Notes: generated by a model from the sequence alone, not told the origin. DNA of 64,000 bases from an archaeon (GCA_043810775.1 JBDRNU010000015.1:96889-160888), one strand, 5' to 3'; counted from the first letter of the stretch, positions 29,001 to 39,239 are shown. Numbers and translations are program-made.

Positions 29001-29471
29001 ATGGTAAAAAAGGTGAGAAGAAAATTAAAAGTAAGGGCAATTTTAATTATATTCTTGGTTTTAATTGTATTTATATTTGTAATATCTGTTAAATTATCTT
29101 ATAACAAAGAAAAAAAAGTTTGTCTTTACAACTCTTGTTTTAGTGTAGAAATTGCAGATACGCCTGAACTAAGAGCCCAAGGTTTAATGCATCGTACTAA
29201 TCTAGACTCTAACAAAGGAATGCTATTTATTTTTGAGCAAGAAGCTATTTATCCTTTTTGGATGAAAAATACATTTATACCATTAGACATGATTTGGATT
29301 AACTCAACTTTTGATATTGTTTTTATTAAAGAAAATGCACGTCCTTGCTCTCAAGAGCCTTGTGAAAGTATAGTTCCAACACAAAAGGCTCTCTATGTCC
29401 TTGAGCTAAATGCTGGCAAGGCAAGAGAAGCTGGTTTAGCTATAGGAAACAAGTTAGATTTTTCCTTTTAA
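29001..29471 (+). CDS. DUF192 family protein
   Basis: VEIADT..GLM.R..GMLF, FWMKNT.IPLD, YVLELNAG. Confidence 0.9.
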   Translation: MVKKVRRKLKVRAILIIFLVLIVFIFVISVKLSYNKEKKVCLYNSCFSVEIADTPELRAQGLMHRTNLDSNKGMLFIFEQEAIYPFWMKNTFIPLDMIWINSTFDIVFIKENARPCSQEPCESIVPTQKALYVLELNAGKAREAGLAIGNKLDFSF

Positions 29472-30161
29472 ATAAGCCTGTCTTTTTTCTTCTGGAAACT
29501 TTTCAATAGCATACCTTAACATTGTTCTTGGCATTTTTCTATAATTTTTTTTAAGGAATTTTTCCTCTTTTTCCTGATTTCTATTTCCAACTTCCCTCAA
29601 CATCCAACCAACTGCTTTATGAATCAAGTCATGATTATCATTTAATAAAATTTTAGCTATTTTGAAAGTATCTTGGTACTGGTTATTTCTAATAAAAGCA
29701 AAAGTTGAGATAATTGAAATTCTTCTTTCCCATAAGTTTTTTGATTTTGCTAATTTATAGAGAATATCTCTATTCTTGTCAAGAAGGTATCTTCCAATAA
29801 CATGTGGTGCAGAAACATCTACTAAATCCCAGTTATTAATATTTTTAGTATTCTTAAGATATAAATCATAAATTTGCTTTTTCAATTTTTTATCTGATTT
29901 TTCAAATTTATAACCTAATATTAAGACTGCCACTTGTCTATATTCATGAAGTTTAGAATTTAGTAGTTCTTGAATCTCCTCTAGTTTCAAATCTTTATAT
30001 TGTTTAGCTATTTTTCTTTGATCTGTTCCACTTATTCCAATAAAAACATCTCCTTCACCATATTCTCCTTTTCCTGTTTTAAAAAACCAAAGTGAAGCTT
30101 TAGCACGCTCAGGATTAGCAAATTGTCTCAATTCAACTTTAAGATTTTCTAAATTATTCAT
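29454..30161 (-). CDS. DNA alkylation repair protein (AlkD-like)
   Basis: FFKTGKGEYGEGD, NNWDLVD, LWERR, DLIHKAVGWMLRE, RTMLRYAIE. Confidence 0.88.
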   Translation of the reverse strand: MNNLENLKVELRQFANPERAKASLWFFKTGKGEYGEGDVFIGISGTDQRKIAKQYKDLKLEEIQELLNSKLHEYRQVAVLILGYKFEKSDKKLKKQIYDLYLKNTKNINNWDLVDVSAPHVIGRYLLDKNRDILYKLAKSKNLWERRISIISTFAFIRNNQYQDTFKIAKILLNDNHDLIHKAVGWMLREVGNRNQEKEEKFLKKNYRKMPRTMLRYAIEKFPEEKRQAYLKGKI

Positions 30162-30243
30162 AAATATATCTTAATTTTTTAGTATATAAAATCTTTTAAA
30201 CCTTATTTTACTATGACTAATGCTCTAAATTTTTAAAAGAAGC

Positions 30244-31635
30244 ATGAGATCCAGTATTGTAAGTCAGCCAGAAATGAAATTTTCTTACGAGCCTAAATGG
30301 GAAATAAAAAGTAAATCTGTTCAAAGACTTGATTATCAGAGAACAGAGATGAATAATTGTTTTTCTATAATTCAAAGTCAAAGCTTTGGTGATCCAGATC
30401 CTTTTTTTAGCCAGGTTTCAATTGATGAGGCAGAAAATTCTATAGCCTCTTTAAGAAGAGGGTTAACTAGAATTTTAAAGAAAGGTTGTCAATCTATACC
30501 TTTATTTGACCAGATTGTATTAAGAGATATAGCAAGAAATGTAGAAATTAACAATGCTTATTTTAATTATTTCTTTAAAGGAAAAATAAATATGGGTCCA
30601 TTTCTATCAGCAGTATACGGAAATTCTGCTTATACTTTAATCATAGATTCAGTAAAACCTGAAAATTACCCTCATCTAGATGCTCATACATATATTAAAT
30701 CTATGCACTCAATTAATTCAAGAAGGCTTGACTCAGAAATTTTATTTAGTGACTTATGGGATTGTGAATTTTCTGGATTAAGAGAAAGATTTATAAGTGA
30801 AATTAAAAAGTCTAAGTCAAATATAGAGAAAATATTCTTAGATTTAAATATTCTTGAAGAAGTTGGAATATATAGTTTAGGTATTGCTCCTATTGGAACT
30901 AGATGTAGTTTTTGGGATGGTGTTAATTTTCTAGCTGCAATTGACCCAGATAGAGTAGTATGTTATAAATCTAATGGCAAATATAAATTCCTTACATCAT
31001 TTAGTATTTTAACAGGCTCACATGAATTTAGTCATGCTTTAGAAGATATTCTATCTGAAAGAACAATGCTTACTGCTGATTCAAAACCCTGTGGTTTAAG
31101 TCCTTCTAATGAAAATTTTTTGACTTATGTTCATGGTCCTGCTGCTGAAGGGTCTTGTTTTCATAGTGAGAAGTTTACACTTGATTTTCTTGATTCAGAA
31201 AGATTACCCAATATATTTGCTGAATCTTTAGAAAGAGTAAAGTTATATCACTCAGTCTATATATCTAAAAAAATGCCTCAAATAGTTAATGATATTCTAG
31301 AGCTAGAAGAGATGAAAAAATGGAATAAAAAGAAAACTAAGGAGCATGTTAAATATGATACTCATAAAAGACTGGCTGAAATTACTGGAATTAAAAGATA
31401 TTTTACAGATTATCACTTAATGGGTCACAGGTCTTTTGAAGAAACTTTACAAGAATTGTCTTATTTTTTTGGTAATTTACGAGTTCAGCGTTTAACTTCA
31501 AAAATGAGAAAAGAAAAAGTGCCTGAGAATATTATATACCTTGCACTTATTAATGGTTTTTGGTGCGACCCCAAGGCGCAAGAAGATTTTATTTTTAAAT
31601 TATACTTGCCAGAAGTAATGAAAAATCTTAGTTAG
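30244..31635 (+). CDS. Putative gluzincin-like (HExxH) metalloprotein
   Basis: HEFSH followed ~30 aa later by AEG...SE; later SYFFG. Confidence 0.5.
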   Translation: MRSSIVSQPEMKFSYEPKWEIKSKSVQRLDYQRTEMNNCFSIIQSQSFGDPDPFFSQVSIDEAENSIASLRRGLTRILKKGCQSIPLFDQIVLRDIARNVEINNAYFNYFFKGKINMGPFLSAVYGNSAYTLIIDSVKPENYPHLDAHTYIKSMHSINSRRLDSEILFSDLWDCEFSGLRERFISEIKKSKSNIEKIFLDLNILEEVGIYSLGIAPIGTRCSFWDGVNFLAAIDPDRVVCYKSNGKYKFLTSFSILTGSHEFSHALEDILSERTMLTADSKPCGLSPSNENFLTYVHGPAAEGSCFHSEKFTLDFLDSERLPNIFAESLERVKLYHSVYISKKMPQIVNDILELEEMKKWNKKKTKEHVKYDTHKRLAEITGIKRYFTDYHLMGHRSFEETLQELSYFFGNLRVQRLTSKMRKEKVPENIIYLALINGFWCDPKAQEDFIFKLYLPEVMKNLS

Positions 31636-31666
31636 TATCTTCCTCTTCAATTCTCTTTCACTTTAA

Positions 31667-32086
31667 TTAGTTTTCACTAATATCTTGGTTTTTTAGTGCA
31701 AATGGAGTTAAATTTTCATAAGGTAGTATTACACTTACATCTGCATTATAAAATTCTCCTTTGCTGGCAGGTTCATAATCTCCTAAAAATCCAGCTAAGT
31801 CATCAATACCTACTAATATCATTTCACCTGTATGCAAAAAATATTTATGTCTCTCAGGAAAAGTCCTTTGGTGAATGAATACATCTCCACTTTCAGAAGC
31901 TATATTCCCCATACTCTCCCAATCATCTTCAAATTCTATTTTGTCTTGGAGAGTATAAATTCCCCTATCCGGATCTACAAGATATCTTTCCATTACTCTA
32001 GATTTTATATCTTCATGAAAATTTACATAGAAAAAATTTGTGCCAACAAATGATTTTTCTCTAGGAGTAACAACTTTAGATATCAT
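31667..32086 (-). CDS. Hypothetical protein
   Basis: ORF track 31667..32140; ATG 32086 just after the eL31 stop is preferred. Confidence 0.55.
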   Translation of the reverse strand: MISKVVTPREKSFVGTNFFYVNFHEDIKSRVMERYLVDPDRGIYTLQDKIEFEDDWESMGNIASESGDVFIHQRTFPERHKYFLHTGEMILVGIDDLAGFLGDYEPASKGEFYNADVSVILPYENLTPFALKNQDISEN

Positions 32087-32087
32087 T

Positions 32088-32654
32088 TTATTTTTTAAGA
32101 GATTTTCTGTGAATCTGCACTTTCTTTCCACCAGATTCATGTTTCATTACCTTCTTAGCTTTTTTAGCTTCTTTTAATGCAGCTTCTTCTACAGATTCTT
32201 TCTTTTCTTCTTTTTCTTTCTTTTCCTCTTTAGTTTCTTCAGGCTTTTCCTCAGCTATTTCTTCTTTCTTCTCTTCTACTTTCTTTTTCTTTTCTTTTTC
32301 AGCTGTTTCTTTAGATTTTCTGTCTTTTTCAACCTTGAATTTTATAGCTGCAGGAATATCAGCGAGTTCAACTAGAACTTCCCCGTTTGATAACTTCTTA
32401 GCTTTTACTTTAATTTTAGCAGGAGGTTTTTTCATGCCTCTAAACCATAACTCATTATTTAACCACTTGTCTAATTTGACTTTTCTTAAGTCTCTATCTT
32501 CGACTTTCATATGTTTTGCAAGAAATTCTTTTAATGACCTTACTGCCTTTTTAGCTCTTTTATGCTTAGGTGCTTTTAACCATCTTTTCCTAAGTGGAAC
32601 TATATACTCTCTTTCTAATTCAACCTTATTTTCTTGCTTTTTTTCTTTTGCCAT
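32088..32654 (-). CDS. rpl31e: 50S ribosomal protein eL31 with long Lys/Glu-rich C-terminal extension
   Basis: EREYIVPLR, RAKKAV, LNNELW.RG.KKPP.KIKV; follows eL39. Confidence 0.93.
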   Translation of the reverse strand: MAKEKKQENKVELEREYIVPLRKRWLKAPKHKRAKKAVRSLKEFLAKHMKVEDRDLRKVKLDKWLNNELWFRGMKKPPAKIKVKAKKLSNGEVLVELADIPAAIKFKVEKDRKSKETAEKEKKKKVEEKKEEIAEEKPEETKEEKKEKEEKKESVEEAALKEAKKAKKVMKHESGGKKVQIHRKSLKK

Positions 32655-32664
32655 TTTAATTTTT

Positions 32665-32880
32665 CTAACCTAGATGCCTTTTCTTTACTCTTCTTGGCTT
32701 AATTTTTAGTTTATTCTGATTCCATCTTCTTCTTACTCTAGTCATCCTGCTTGGATGCACTCTTTTTCCCATTCCGTATTTCTTCAATACAGTCCAGAAA
32801 GGAGCCCATTTGGTTCTTCTTCCATGCTTAGCTAGCTTAATCTTCTTTACTTGTCTAGCTCTTTGTTTTCTTCCACCCAT
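32665..32880 (-). CDS. rpl39e: 50S ribosomal protein eL39 (extended, 71 aa)
   Basis: KKIKLAK..AP.W..K..RRRW..KLK; synteny between eS19 and eL31. Confidence 0.8.
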   Translation of the reverse strand: MGGRKQRARQVKKIKLAKHGRRTKWAPFWTVLKKYGMGKRVHPSRMTRVRRRWNQNKLKIKPRRVKKRHLG

Positions 32881-32943
32881 ATTTAAATTTTCTCTCTATT
32901 TTCTTGAAATTTAAATGCTTGAAAATTTTTAATTTTCATTGTG

Positions 32944-33348
32944 TTAATTTATACTCTCTAAAAAATCAACACCTTTTTTAGTGAGTTTTCTTCCTGATTT
33001 TTTCCCTTTTATTTTCTCTAAAAATCCAGCTTTTTCAGCCTGTTGTAATATATTTCTTATAATTTTCCCTCCACCTTTCCTAAATTTTGCAGGTTTTGCC
33101 CCTCTATTCTTCCTTCCACCATATCTAATTTTAAGCCTATTTACACCCACTACTCCTTTAATATAAATCTGTCTTAAAATTGAAGCAGCTCTTTTATACC
33201 AAAAATCAGAATCTATAGGAGGTCTGGCTTTAGCTACAGATGTTTTTACATAGTGCGCCCATTCAGGCATCTGAAATTCTTCAAGCTTTTTAAGCTCTTC
33301 AGCTAGCTTTTTATTATATTCAGCTGGATTTAAGTTATATACCGCCAT
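32944..33348 (-). CDS. rps19e: 30S ribosomal protein eS19
   Basis: PEWAHYVKT, WYKRAASILRQIY, YGGRKNRG, GKIIR.ILQQ.E. Confidence 0.95.
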   Translation of the reverse strand: MAVYNLNPAEYNKKLAEELKKLEEFQMPEWAHYVKTSVAKARPPIDSDFWYKRAASILRQIYIKGVVGVNRLKIRYGGRKNRGAKPAKFRKGGGKIIRNILQQAEKAGFLEKIKGKKSGRKLTKKGVDFLESIN

Positions 33349-33457
33349 TTTAAATTTTAGTTATTTTTTCAAATTATTAATTTATAGGCATTCCTTGCGG
33401 AATTAGAAAGGCTTTAAGCCTTTAACCTAAAATTAGGTTATTTTTAGCTTTATAAAT

Positions 33458-33700
33458 CTATCTCTTATCCTTTCTCCATTTCCTGATAAAAATAGTAAAT
33501 CCTATTATTTTATAAGTATATTTTTTCCCTAGTTTATTTACTATTTTTTCTGCTATTTTCAGAACCTGGGATTTTTCATGACCTGCTGATTTTAACACAC
33601 AGATTCTTATTAGTTCATTAGTTTTAAATGCATTTTCTAGGCTAGTAAATGTTCCCACACTTACTCCATTCTTACCTATTTGTATTGTCGTTTGTGTCAT
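33458..33700 (-). CDS. YhbY/CRM RNA-binding protein
   Basis: IQIGKNGV, ELIRICVLKS, IIGFT; usual neighbour of eS19. Confidence 0.85.
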   Translation of the reverse strand: MTQTTIQIGKNGVSVGTFTSLENAFKTNELIRICVLKSAGHEKSQVLKIAEKIVNKLGKKYTYKIIGFTIFIRKWRKDKR

Positions 33701-33796
33701 TTTATTTATTTAGAATTGAAGCTTTTTATACTTTTATAGTATAACGATAGCTTAATAAATAAGCAGATTTTATAAGAGTTAATAAAAAGGTGAAAA

Positions 33797-34525
33797 ATGA
33801 AAAGTAGATATTATTTGTTAATAATTATTTTAATTTCATTTCTAATTTCCTTAAATACTTTCAAAATATTTTCAATTGATGAAACAAGCATTTTTTTAAC
33901 AGTCATAGGGCTTATTTATGGATTAATTGCAGCTTTTTCAATTAGTAATGCTTGGGAAAAATTTAGCAAAATTCGTGACGCAGTTGCAGTTGAAACTAAT
34001 TCACTGGAATCTCTTTATATTTATTCAAAATATCTTTCTGACAGGTCTTCTTTTAGGAAAATTAAACTTAAAATTTTAGACTATTGTAAAGAAGTTCCGA
34101 ATATCGAGTGGAATCAATACTGGTTAAGTGAAAAAACCCATACTAAGTTCAGAGAGCTTGTGAATTTAGTAGCAGCTATTAAAATTAACAATGAAAAAGA
34201 TAAGGAGATTTTTGATGAAGTTTCAGAAGAGCTTAGAGAAGCAGCAGCTGCAAGAAATTCTCAGCTGGTTTTATCTCAAACCAAAATACCAAAAATGCAG
34301 TGGATTCTTAATATTTTCTTATCAGTTATTTTAGTAATAGGTCTCATCTTTTTGTCGATTCCAAATTATTATTTGTCAATTTTTATTGTCGCTTCAATGA
34401 TAGCCTCAGTCTTATTAATTTTATTTGTAATATATGATTTAGATTCTCTTAGAACAGCTGAAGAAGAAGTTTCAATAGCCCCTTATAATAAATTAGTTAA
34501 GTTTATATCTAAAGATAAAATTTAA
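33797..34525 (+). CDS. DUF4239/bestrophin-like membrane protein
   Basis: IGLIYGLIAAF..AW..AVAVE pattern; N- and C-terminal TM pairs; IYDLD. Confidence 0.55.
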   Translation: MKSRYYLLIIILISFLISLNTFKIFSIDETSIFLTVIGLIYGLIAAFSISNAWEKFSKIRDAVAVETNSLESLYIYSKYLSDRSSFRKIKLKILDYCKEVPNIEWNQYWLSEKTHTKFRELVNLVAAIKINNEKDKEIFDEVSEELREAAAARNSQLVLSQTKIPKMQWILNIFLSVILVIGLIFLSIPNYYLSIFIVASMIASVLLILFVIYDLDSLRTAEEEVSIAPYNKLVKFISKDKI

Positions 34526-34589
34526 GTTTATTTAAATTCCTCATATAGACTTCATAAATCTTTATTTACTTTAAAGTCAAATTTAATTT

Positions 34590-34787
34590 ATGATTAAAAT
34601 TTCACCTACTCCATTTGAAGTTTCAGAAGCAGCTGCTGCAACTGGAATAATAATGGCAGGATCTTCTGGGATTCCTGAAGAACTAAAGTATTTTACATCT
34701 GATCATCCTTTTATATTTATAATTCAGCAAAAAGATTCAGGAAATATTCTATTTATAGGAAGAATGAGTAATCCTTCTAAAGCTTAG
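34590..34787 (+). pseudogene. Serpin C-terminal fragment
   Basis: SEAAAATG hinge plus F..DHPFIFII..GNILFIGR..NP serpin signature; only 65 aa. Confidence 0.75.
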
Positions 34788-34797
34788 AATTCTATTA

Positions 34798-35103
34798 TCA
34801 TCTCTTAGGCTTCCATTTAATTATTCTGTCAATAACTATATATAAGAGGATAACAGTAAGAAGCAAACTAAGAAAAGCACTAAGAAAAGAGCCAATTCTT
34901 ATATTTACAGAACCAATGGGGAGAATCATATCTTCCCATATTAAGGTATCTCTAGCAAATAATGCTCTAAAAATTGGCAAAATAACATCATTAACAATAG
35001 ATTGTATAAAACTTAAGGCAGCTAAGCTTATTATAAACGCTACTGAAATTGCTACAACCCTATACTCTTTAAGAAAGCGCACAAAATTTTTAGATAAAAT
35101 CAT
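34798..35103 (-). CDS. MscL-family mechanosensitive channel
   Basis: FLKEYRVVAISVAFII, SIVNDVILP, IGSFLSA. Confidence 0.8.
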   Translation of the reverse strand: MILSKNFVRFLKEYRVVAISVAFIISLAALSFIQSIVNDVILPIFRALFARDTLIWEDMILPIGSVNIRIGSFLSAFLSLLLTVILLYIVIDRIIKWKPKR

Positions 35104-35144
35104 GATTACTATTTAAGAGAGTGTTAATATAAAAATCTATTGAT

Positions 35145-36865
35145 TCAATTCTTTCCTGCCAGACCCTCAAAAAAAGCTAAAGCATTGATTCCAAGTGATT
35201 TAGTATTATATCCTCCTTCCTGGACAACAAGTATTGGAATATTTAATTCTCCTATAATTTTCCCAGTTTCTCTGAAGTTTCCCTCATTGAATTCCCAAGT
35301 GCCGGTTGGATCTTTTTTTGCAGTATCTAGCCCCAAGGCAATAATCAAAAAAGCAGGATTGAACTCTTTTATCTTTTTAATTGCAGACTCAAGAGTTTTT
35401 TATAATCTTCATAACTTATTTTCTCTTTTAAAGGAAAATTAATATTATACCCTTTTCCTTTTCCTTGTCCAGTTTCATCTTTAAAACCACTGAAATAAGG
35501 ATAGGCAAAGTCAGGATGACTGTGAATAGATATTGTTAGCACATCATTTCTATTGTAAAAAATCTCTTGTTGCCCATTACCATGATGATAGTCAATATCT
35601 AGTATAGCTACTTTCCCATAATTAGACAAGTATTCAGCAGCAATTGCATTTGAATTAAAATAACAAAATCCTCCAAAAGATTTTCTCTCTGCGTGATGAC
35701 CTGGAGGTCTCACAAGTGCATAAACAATCTTCTCCCCCCTGATTATTTGTTCAGCCCCTGTTAGTGCACAATTAACAGCCTGTCTTGCAGCCTTAAATGC
35801 ATTAATATTTATTGGTGTAAAAGTATCAATACAATAATATCCTGCTCTGACTTCTAGCTCCTTTGGAGGCCTATGATTATTCCTGATAGGGAAAACATAG
35901 GGATATATTGATTGCTTCGGTTTTAATCTTGAAATCATAGCTTTAAAATAATCTATATATTTAGGGTCATGTATTTTTTTTATCCATTTTTCTGAAAATA
36001 TTTTTATATCAATTTTTTCAAATAAATCTGTTTTTTCAAGTTCTTTCAAAATACTGCTTATTCTAACTGGGCTTTCAACATATCCTTTATCTGCTACGTG
36101 ATGTATTTTGTGCTCTTTATTTAGAATTAATATAATCTTTCTTTTTTTATTGTAAATCTGTTTTGGTTTTGATGAAATGTATTTTTCTTCTCTTACTTTT
36201 ATAGGGTCATCTTTAATCGAACTAACTACCATTTTTATGTAATCTTTTGGGCATAAATGACCATACTTCCTATAAAGAATAGCTCTAACTATTTTTTTCA
36301 ACCTCTCTTTTGATAAGCTTTCTTTATTTCCTAGTGAATCCAAAACTAAGTATGGTGGATTTTTGTCAGTTGGTTTTAAAGGAGTTTCATATTTCGTGTT
36401 AATAATAGGTTTTGCGCCAAATCTTTCATAAAATTTTAATCTTTTTTCACTATTCTCAAGAACTTCTTTAGAGCATGCTAAACTAGGATCATCTGGAAGG
36501 CACTCAAAAAATAATCCAATAGAACCAGCACTTTTTACTTCATCTCTTATTCTCTTGTAAATCGCTTCTCCAATACCTCCTCCCATAAACTGCTTTTTTA
36601 CTGCCATGTAGTCTAAATAAGAAAACTTCAAGTCAGGCGCGTGAAATACCAATCCAAACCCTTTTAACTTGTTTTTCATGTCATCTGCTACAAATAAAAC
36701 CGTTTTAAACTTGTATTTTAAAGGATTTTCTAACTGCTTTGGAATGTCTTTTATTTTTTCCTTATCAGCAAATGGAAATTGATCATGAATTATATCTTGT
36801 ACTTCAGAAATAATTCTCTTATTCACTGGACGATTCGATTCATAAATTCTTCTTACTCTAAACAT
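35145..36865 (-). pseudogene. GNAT acetyltransferase-histone deacetylase family fusion, interrupted by a 1-nt frameshift
   Basis: YLDYMAV..GGGIG (GNAT); RPPGHHA, GGFCYFN, DIDYHHGNG (HDAC); C-terminal GLDTAKKDP and QEGGY lie in a second frame; break at the T6 run 35396-35401. Confidence 0.8.
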
Positions 36866-36907
36866 GTTATTTCACCTAATATTAAGAAAACGATTTTACT
36901 TAAAAAC

Positions 36908-37273
36908 CTACTCCTCACCAAAACTTTCAATCTCTTTTTTCTTCACCTTAATTTTCTTCACCTTCTTTACTCCAAAAGTTCCTAATTTCATACCTTTTTC
37001 TTTATGAATATTTTTTCCAAGAAAATAATGAACCTCTACATCTCCTTTGTTTTTTTTCCAGTCTCTTGAGTGTCTCGCACAGAAAATTGCTGCCTCCTTA
37101 ATATCCTTCTTAGAAGCCTTTCCTTTTATATTGCAAAAAGGGCTTCCAGCTTGACTAGTATGGAGAACTATCTCATCCCTAGCTGCTTGTGCAATTAGCT
37201 CTTCATTATTTTTATCAGTTTTCCCTCCAAGTATAAGAATTCCTGAAGAAGTTGTAAATTTTCTGAAGTTCAT
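36908..37273 (-). CDS. NFACT-R (DUF814) RNA-binding domain protein
   Basis: FRKFTTSSG..GGK..NEEL, LHT..GSPF, EAAIFCA.HS.DW; ORF track start 37312. Confidence 0.8.
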   Translation of the reverse strand: MNFRKFTTSSGILILGGKTDKNNEELIAQAARDEIVLHTSQAGSPFCNIKGKASKKDIKEAAIFCARHSRDWKKNKGDVEVHYFLGKNIHKEKGMKLGTFGVKKVKKIKVKKKEIESFGEE

Positions 37274-37343
37274 TTTGCAATTTATTTTTTTCTGTTTATA
37301 AAAAGAAAACAAGCTTTTTATACTTCACTATATTCTAAGATTT

Positions 37344-37976
37344 ATGAGACTTAAAATCCCTTTTTATGAAAATAAAGGCGACGGAAATCAGTGCATGCAA
37401 ATTGCCATGAAAATTGTTTTAAAGCACTTTCTAGGAAAAGATTACTCTCTAGAAGAGCTTGACAAGCTTACTGGAAGAGAACAAGGAAAATGGACTTATA
37501 CTTCCCAGATAGTTCCTGTACTTTATGATTTAGGGCTGGAAGTAAAACTTTATTCTAGCGAGTCTCTTGAGCCTTATTTAGAAGGAGAGCCATTTATAAG
37601 AAAACATTTTGGGAAGTCAGCTGATAAAGTAATCAAAATGTCAAATATTCCAGTAATGGTTAATTCTGTTAAAAAACTTCTTAAGTATGATATTTTTGAA
37701 AAAAAACTTCTTGACTTCAAGGAAATAGAGCAGCATCTTGCTCAAGGGCATATTCCTTTAATAGTTATAGATAATAATATCCTCATTGGAAAAAAAGATT
37801 TTTATCAAGGCCACTTTGTAGCTATAACTGGCTTTGATAAATATAATGTTTATTATCACGAATCAGGCCCATTTCAGCCTACCCCTAATTTAAAAGTAAA
37901 AAAGCAGATTTTTATAGATGCCTGGAACTCTCCAGGAACAGATAATGATTTAGTAATAGTTTTTGGAAAAAGATAA
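37344..37976 (+). CDS. C39-like papain-fold peptidase
   Basis: NQCMQ, GHFVAITGFD, YYHES. Confidence 0.75.
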   Translation: MRLKIPFYENKGDGNQCMQIAMKIVLKHFLGKDYSLEELDKLTGREQGKWTYTSQIVPVLYDLGLEVKLYSSESLEPYLEGEPFIRKHFGKSADKVIKMSNIPVMVNSVKKLLKYDIFEKKLLDFKEIEQHLAQGHIPLIVIDNNILIGKKDFYQGHFVAITGFDKYNVYYHESGPFQPTPNLKVKKQIFIDAWNSPGTDNDLVIVFGKR

Positions 37977-39227
37977 TTACTTTCCCCAGTATTTTTCAGC
38001 CATTCTAAGCTCATCTCTATATTCTTCTTCTAGTGATTTCTTGCTTGAAGCAGACTCAATAGCCAGCCTCATTGCCCTAGCCCCTGCTAAACTTCCATTA
38101 GGATGCCCGTGTATCCCCCCACCAGCCTGAATAACAATATCCTTTCCAAGATGCCTCACTAAAAATTTCACATTTCCAGGATGAAGTCCTCCAGAGCAAA
38201 CTCCTAATACTGGCTTAATCTTATACCAGTTCTGAGCCAGTCTTAGCTGTGTCTCTTTAACTTTCTGTTTCTCAAGCTCCTGCTCTAATTCTACAATATC
38301 TTTAATATTTCCTTCTAATTTCCCTATTCCAGTTCCAATATGCAGCTGGTCAGTTCCAATTAGCCTTGCAAAGTCAGCAAGCACAATCATTCTTATTCCA
38401 TGTTTAGGATTTCTAGTCATAGCAGCATGCATTGCTCTATGAGCATGAATAATAAGTTTAGTATTATTCCTTAAAGTCTGCAAAGAAGAAAATCCAGCAG
38501 CCACTATGTCAATCATAATATACTTTCCACCCTGTTTTTTTACTAAGTCAGCTCTTTTAATCATCTCTTCAGTCTCAGCAGTTACATTTGCAAAATAAGC
38601 TTTTTCTTCTCCAGTTTCTTCTATAGCTCTATCTCTCATTTCTAAGGTTTTGCTTAATCTAGACTCAAATCTATTAAACTCTTGATTTGCAAGATTTTCA
38701 TCATCTTTGACAAAATCACATCCTCCAACCCAAGATTCATACGCATTTTTTGCATGGTCTTCTGGTTTTAATCCTAATTTAGGCTTGATTATAGTTCCAA
38801 GAAAAGGTCTATTCTTAACTTTCATTATTTTCCTAATTTTCTTAATCCCATATCTTGGTCCTTTATATCCTTTTATTATAGATTTAGGAAATGAAATATC
38901 TTCCAATCTGATATTATTTACTACTTTCATTCCAAATATATTTCCAGCAACACTGCTGAGTATATTTGGAACGCTTCCTCTTTCAAATAATTCTGCAGGA
39001 TAAGCTATTTTAACTAAGTTCCCTTTAATAGAATATACTTTTCCCCTAAGATGCTTCATGTAATTTCTCTCTGTGCTTAATTTAGTCCATGTGCCTGTTG
39101 AACTTTCAGCAGCTACTTTTTCAGCAGCTTCTTTCATACCTATCCCTTTAGCAGGTTCAATTCTAAATAAGCATACCAAGTCATTTCTAGGCTTATATCT
39201 TAAATTCAAATATTCCTCTTTTTGCAT
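37977..39227 (-). CDS. rbcL: RuBisCO large subunit, form III-like
   Basis: AAESSTGTW, KPKLGL, DFVKDDENL, HAHRAMH, GKLEG, SGGLHPG, QAGGGIHGHP. Confidence 0.93.
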   Translation of the reverse strand: MQKEEYLNLRYKPRNDLVCLFRIEPAKGIGMKEAAEKVAAESSTGTWTKLSTERNYMKHLRGKVYSIKGNLVKIAYPAELFERGSVPNILSSVAGNIFGMKVVNNIRLEDISFPKSIIKGYKGPRYGIKKIRKIMKVKNRPFLGTIIKPKLGLKPEDHAKNAYESWVGGCDFVKDDENLANQEFNRFESRLSKTLEMRDRAIEETGEEKAYFANVTAETEEMIKRADLVKKQGGKYIMIDIVAAGFSSLQTLRNNTKLIIHAHRAMHAAMTRNPKHGIRMIVLADFARLIGTDQLHIGTGIGKLEGNIKDIVELEQELEKQKVKETQLRLAQNWYKIKPVLGVCSGGLHPGNVKFLVRHLGKDIVIQAGGGIHGHPNGSLAGARAMRLAIESASSKKSLEEEYRDELRMAEKYWGK

Positions 39228-39239
39228 TTTCTAATTTTT

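Noticed and set aside
32140..32330. Low-complexity T/C-rich tract as a tandem repeat
   Set aside because: Explained by Lys/Glu codons of the eL31 tail
32900..32940. TGAAAATT..AATTTTCA hairpin as a fourth tandem-hairpin element
   Set aside because: Single AT-only stem; could arise by chance
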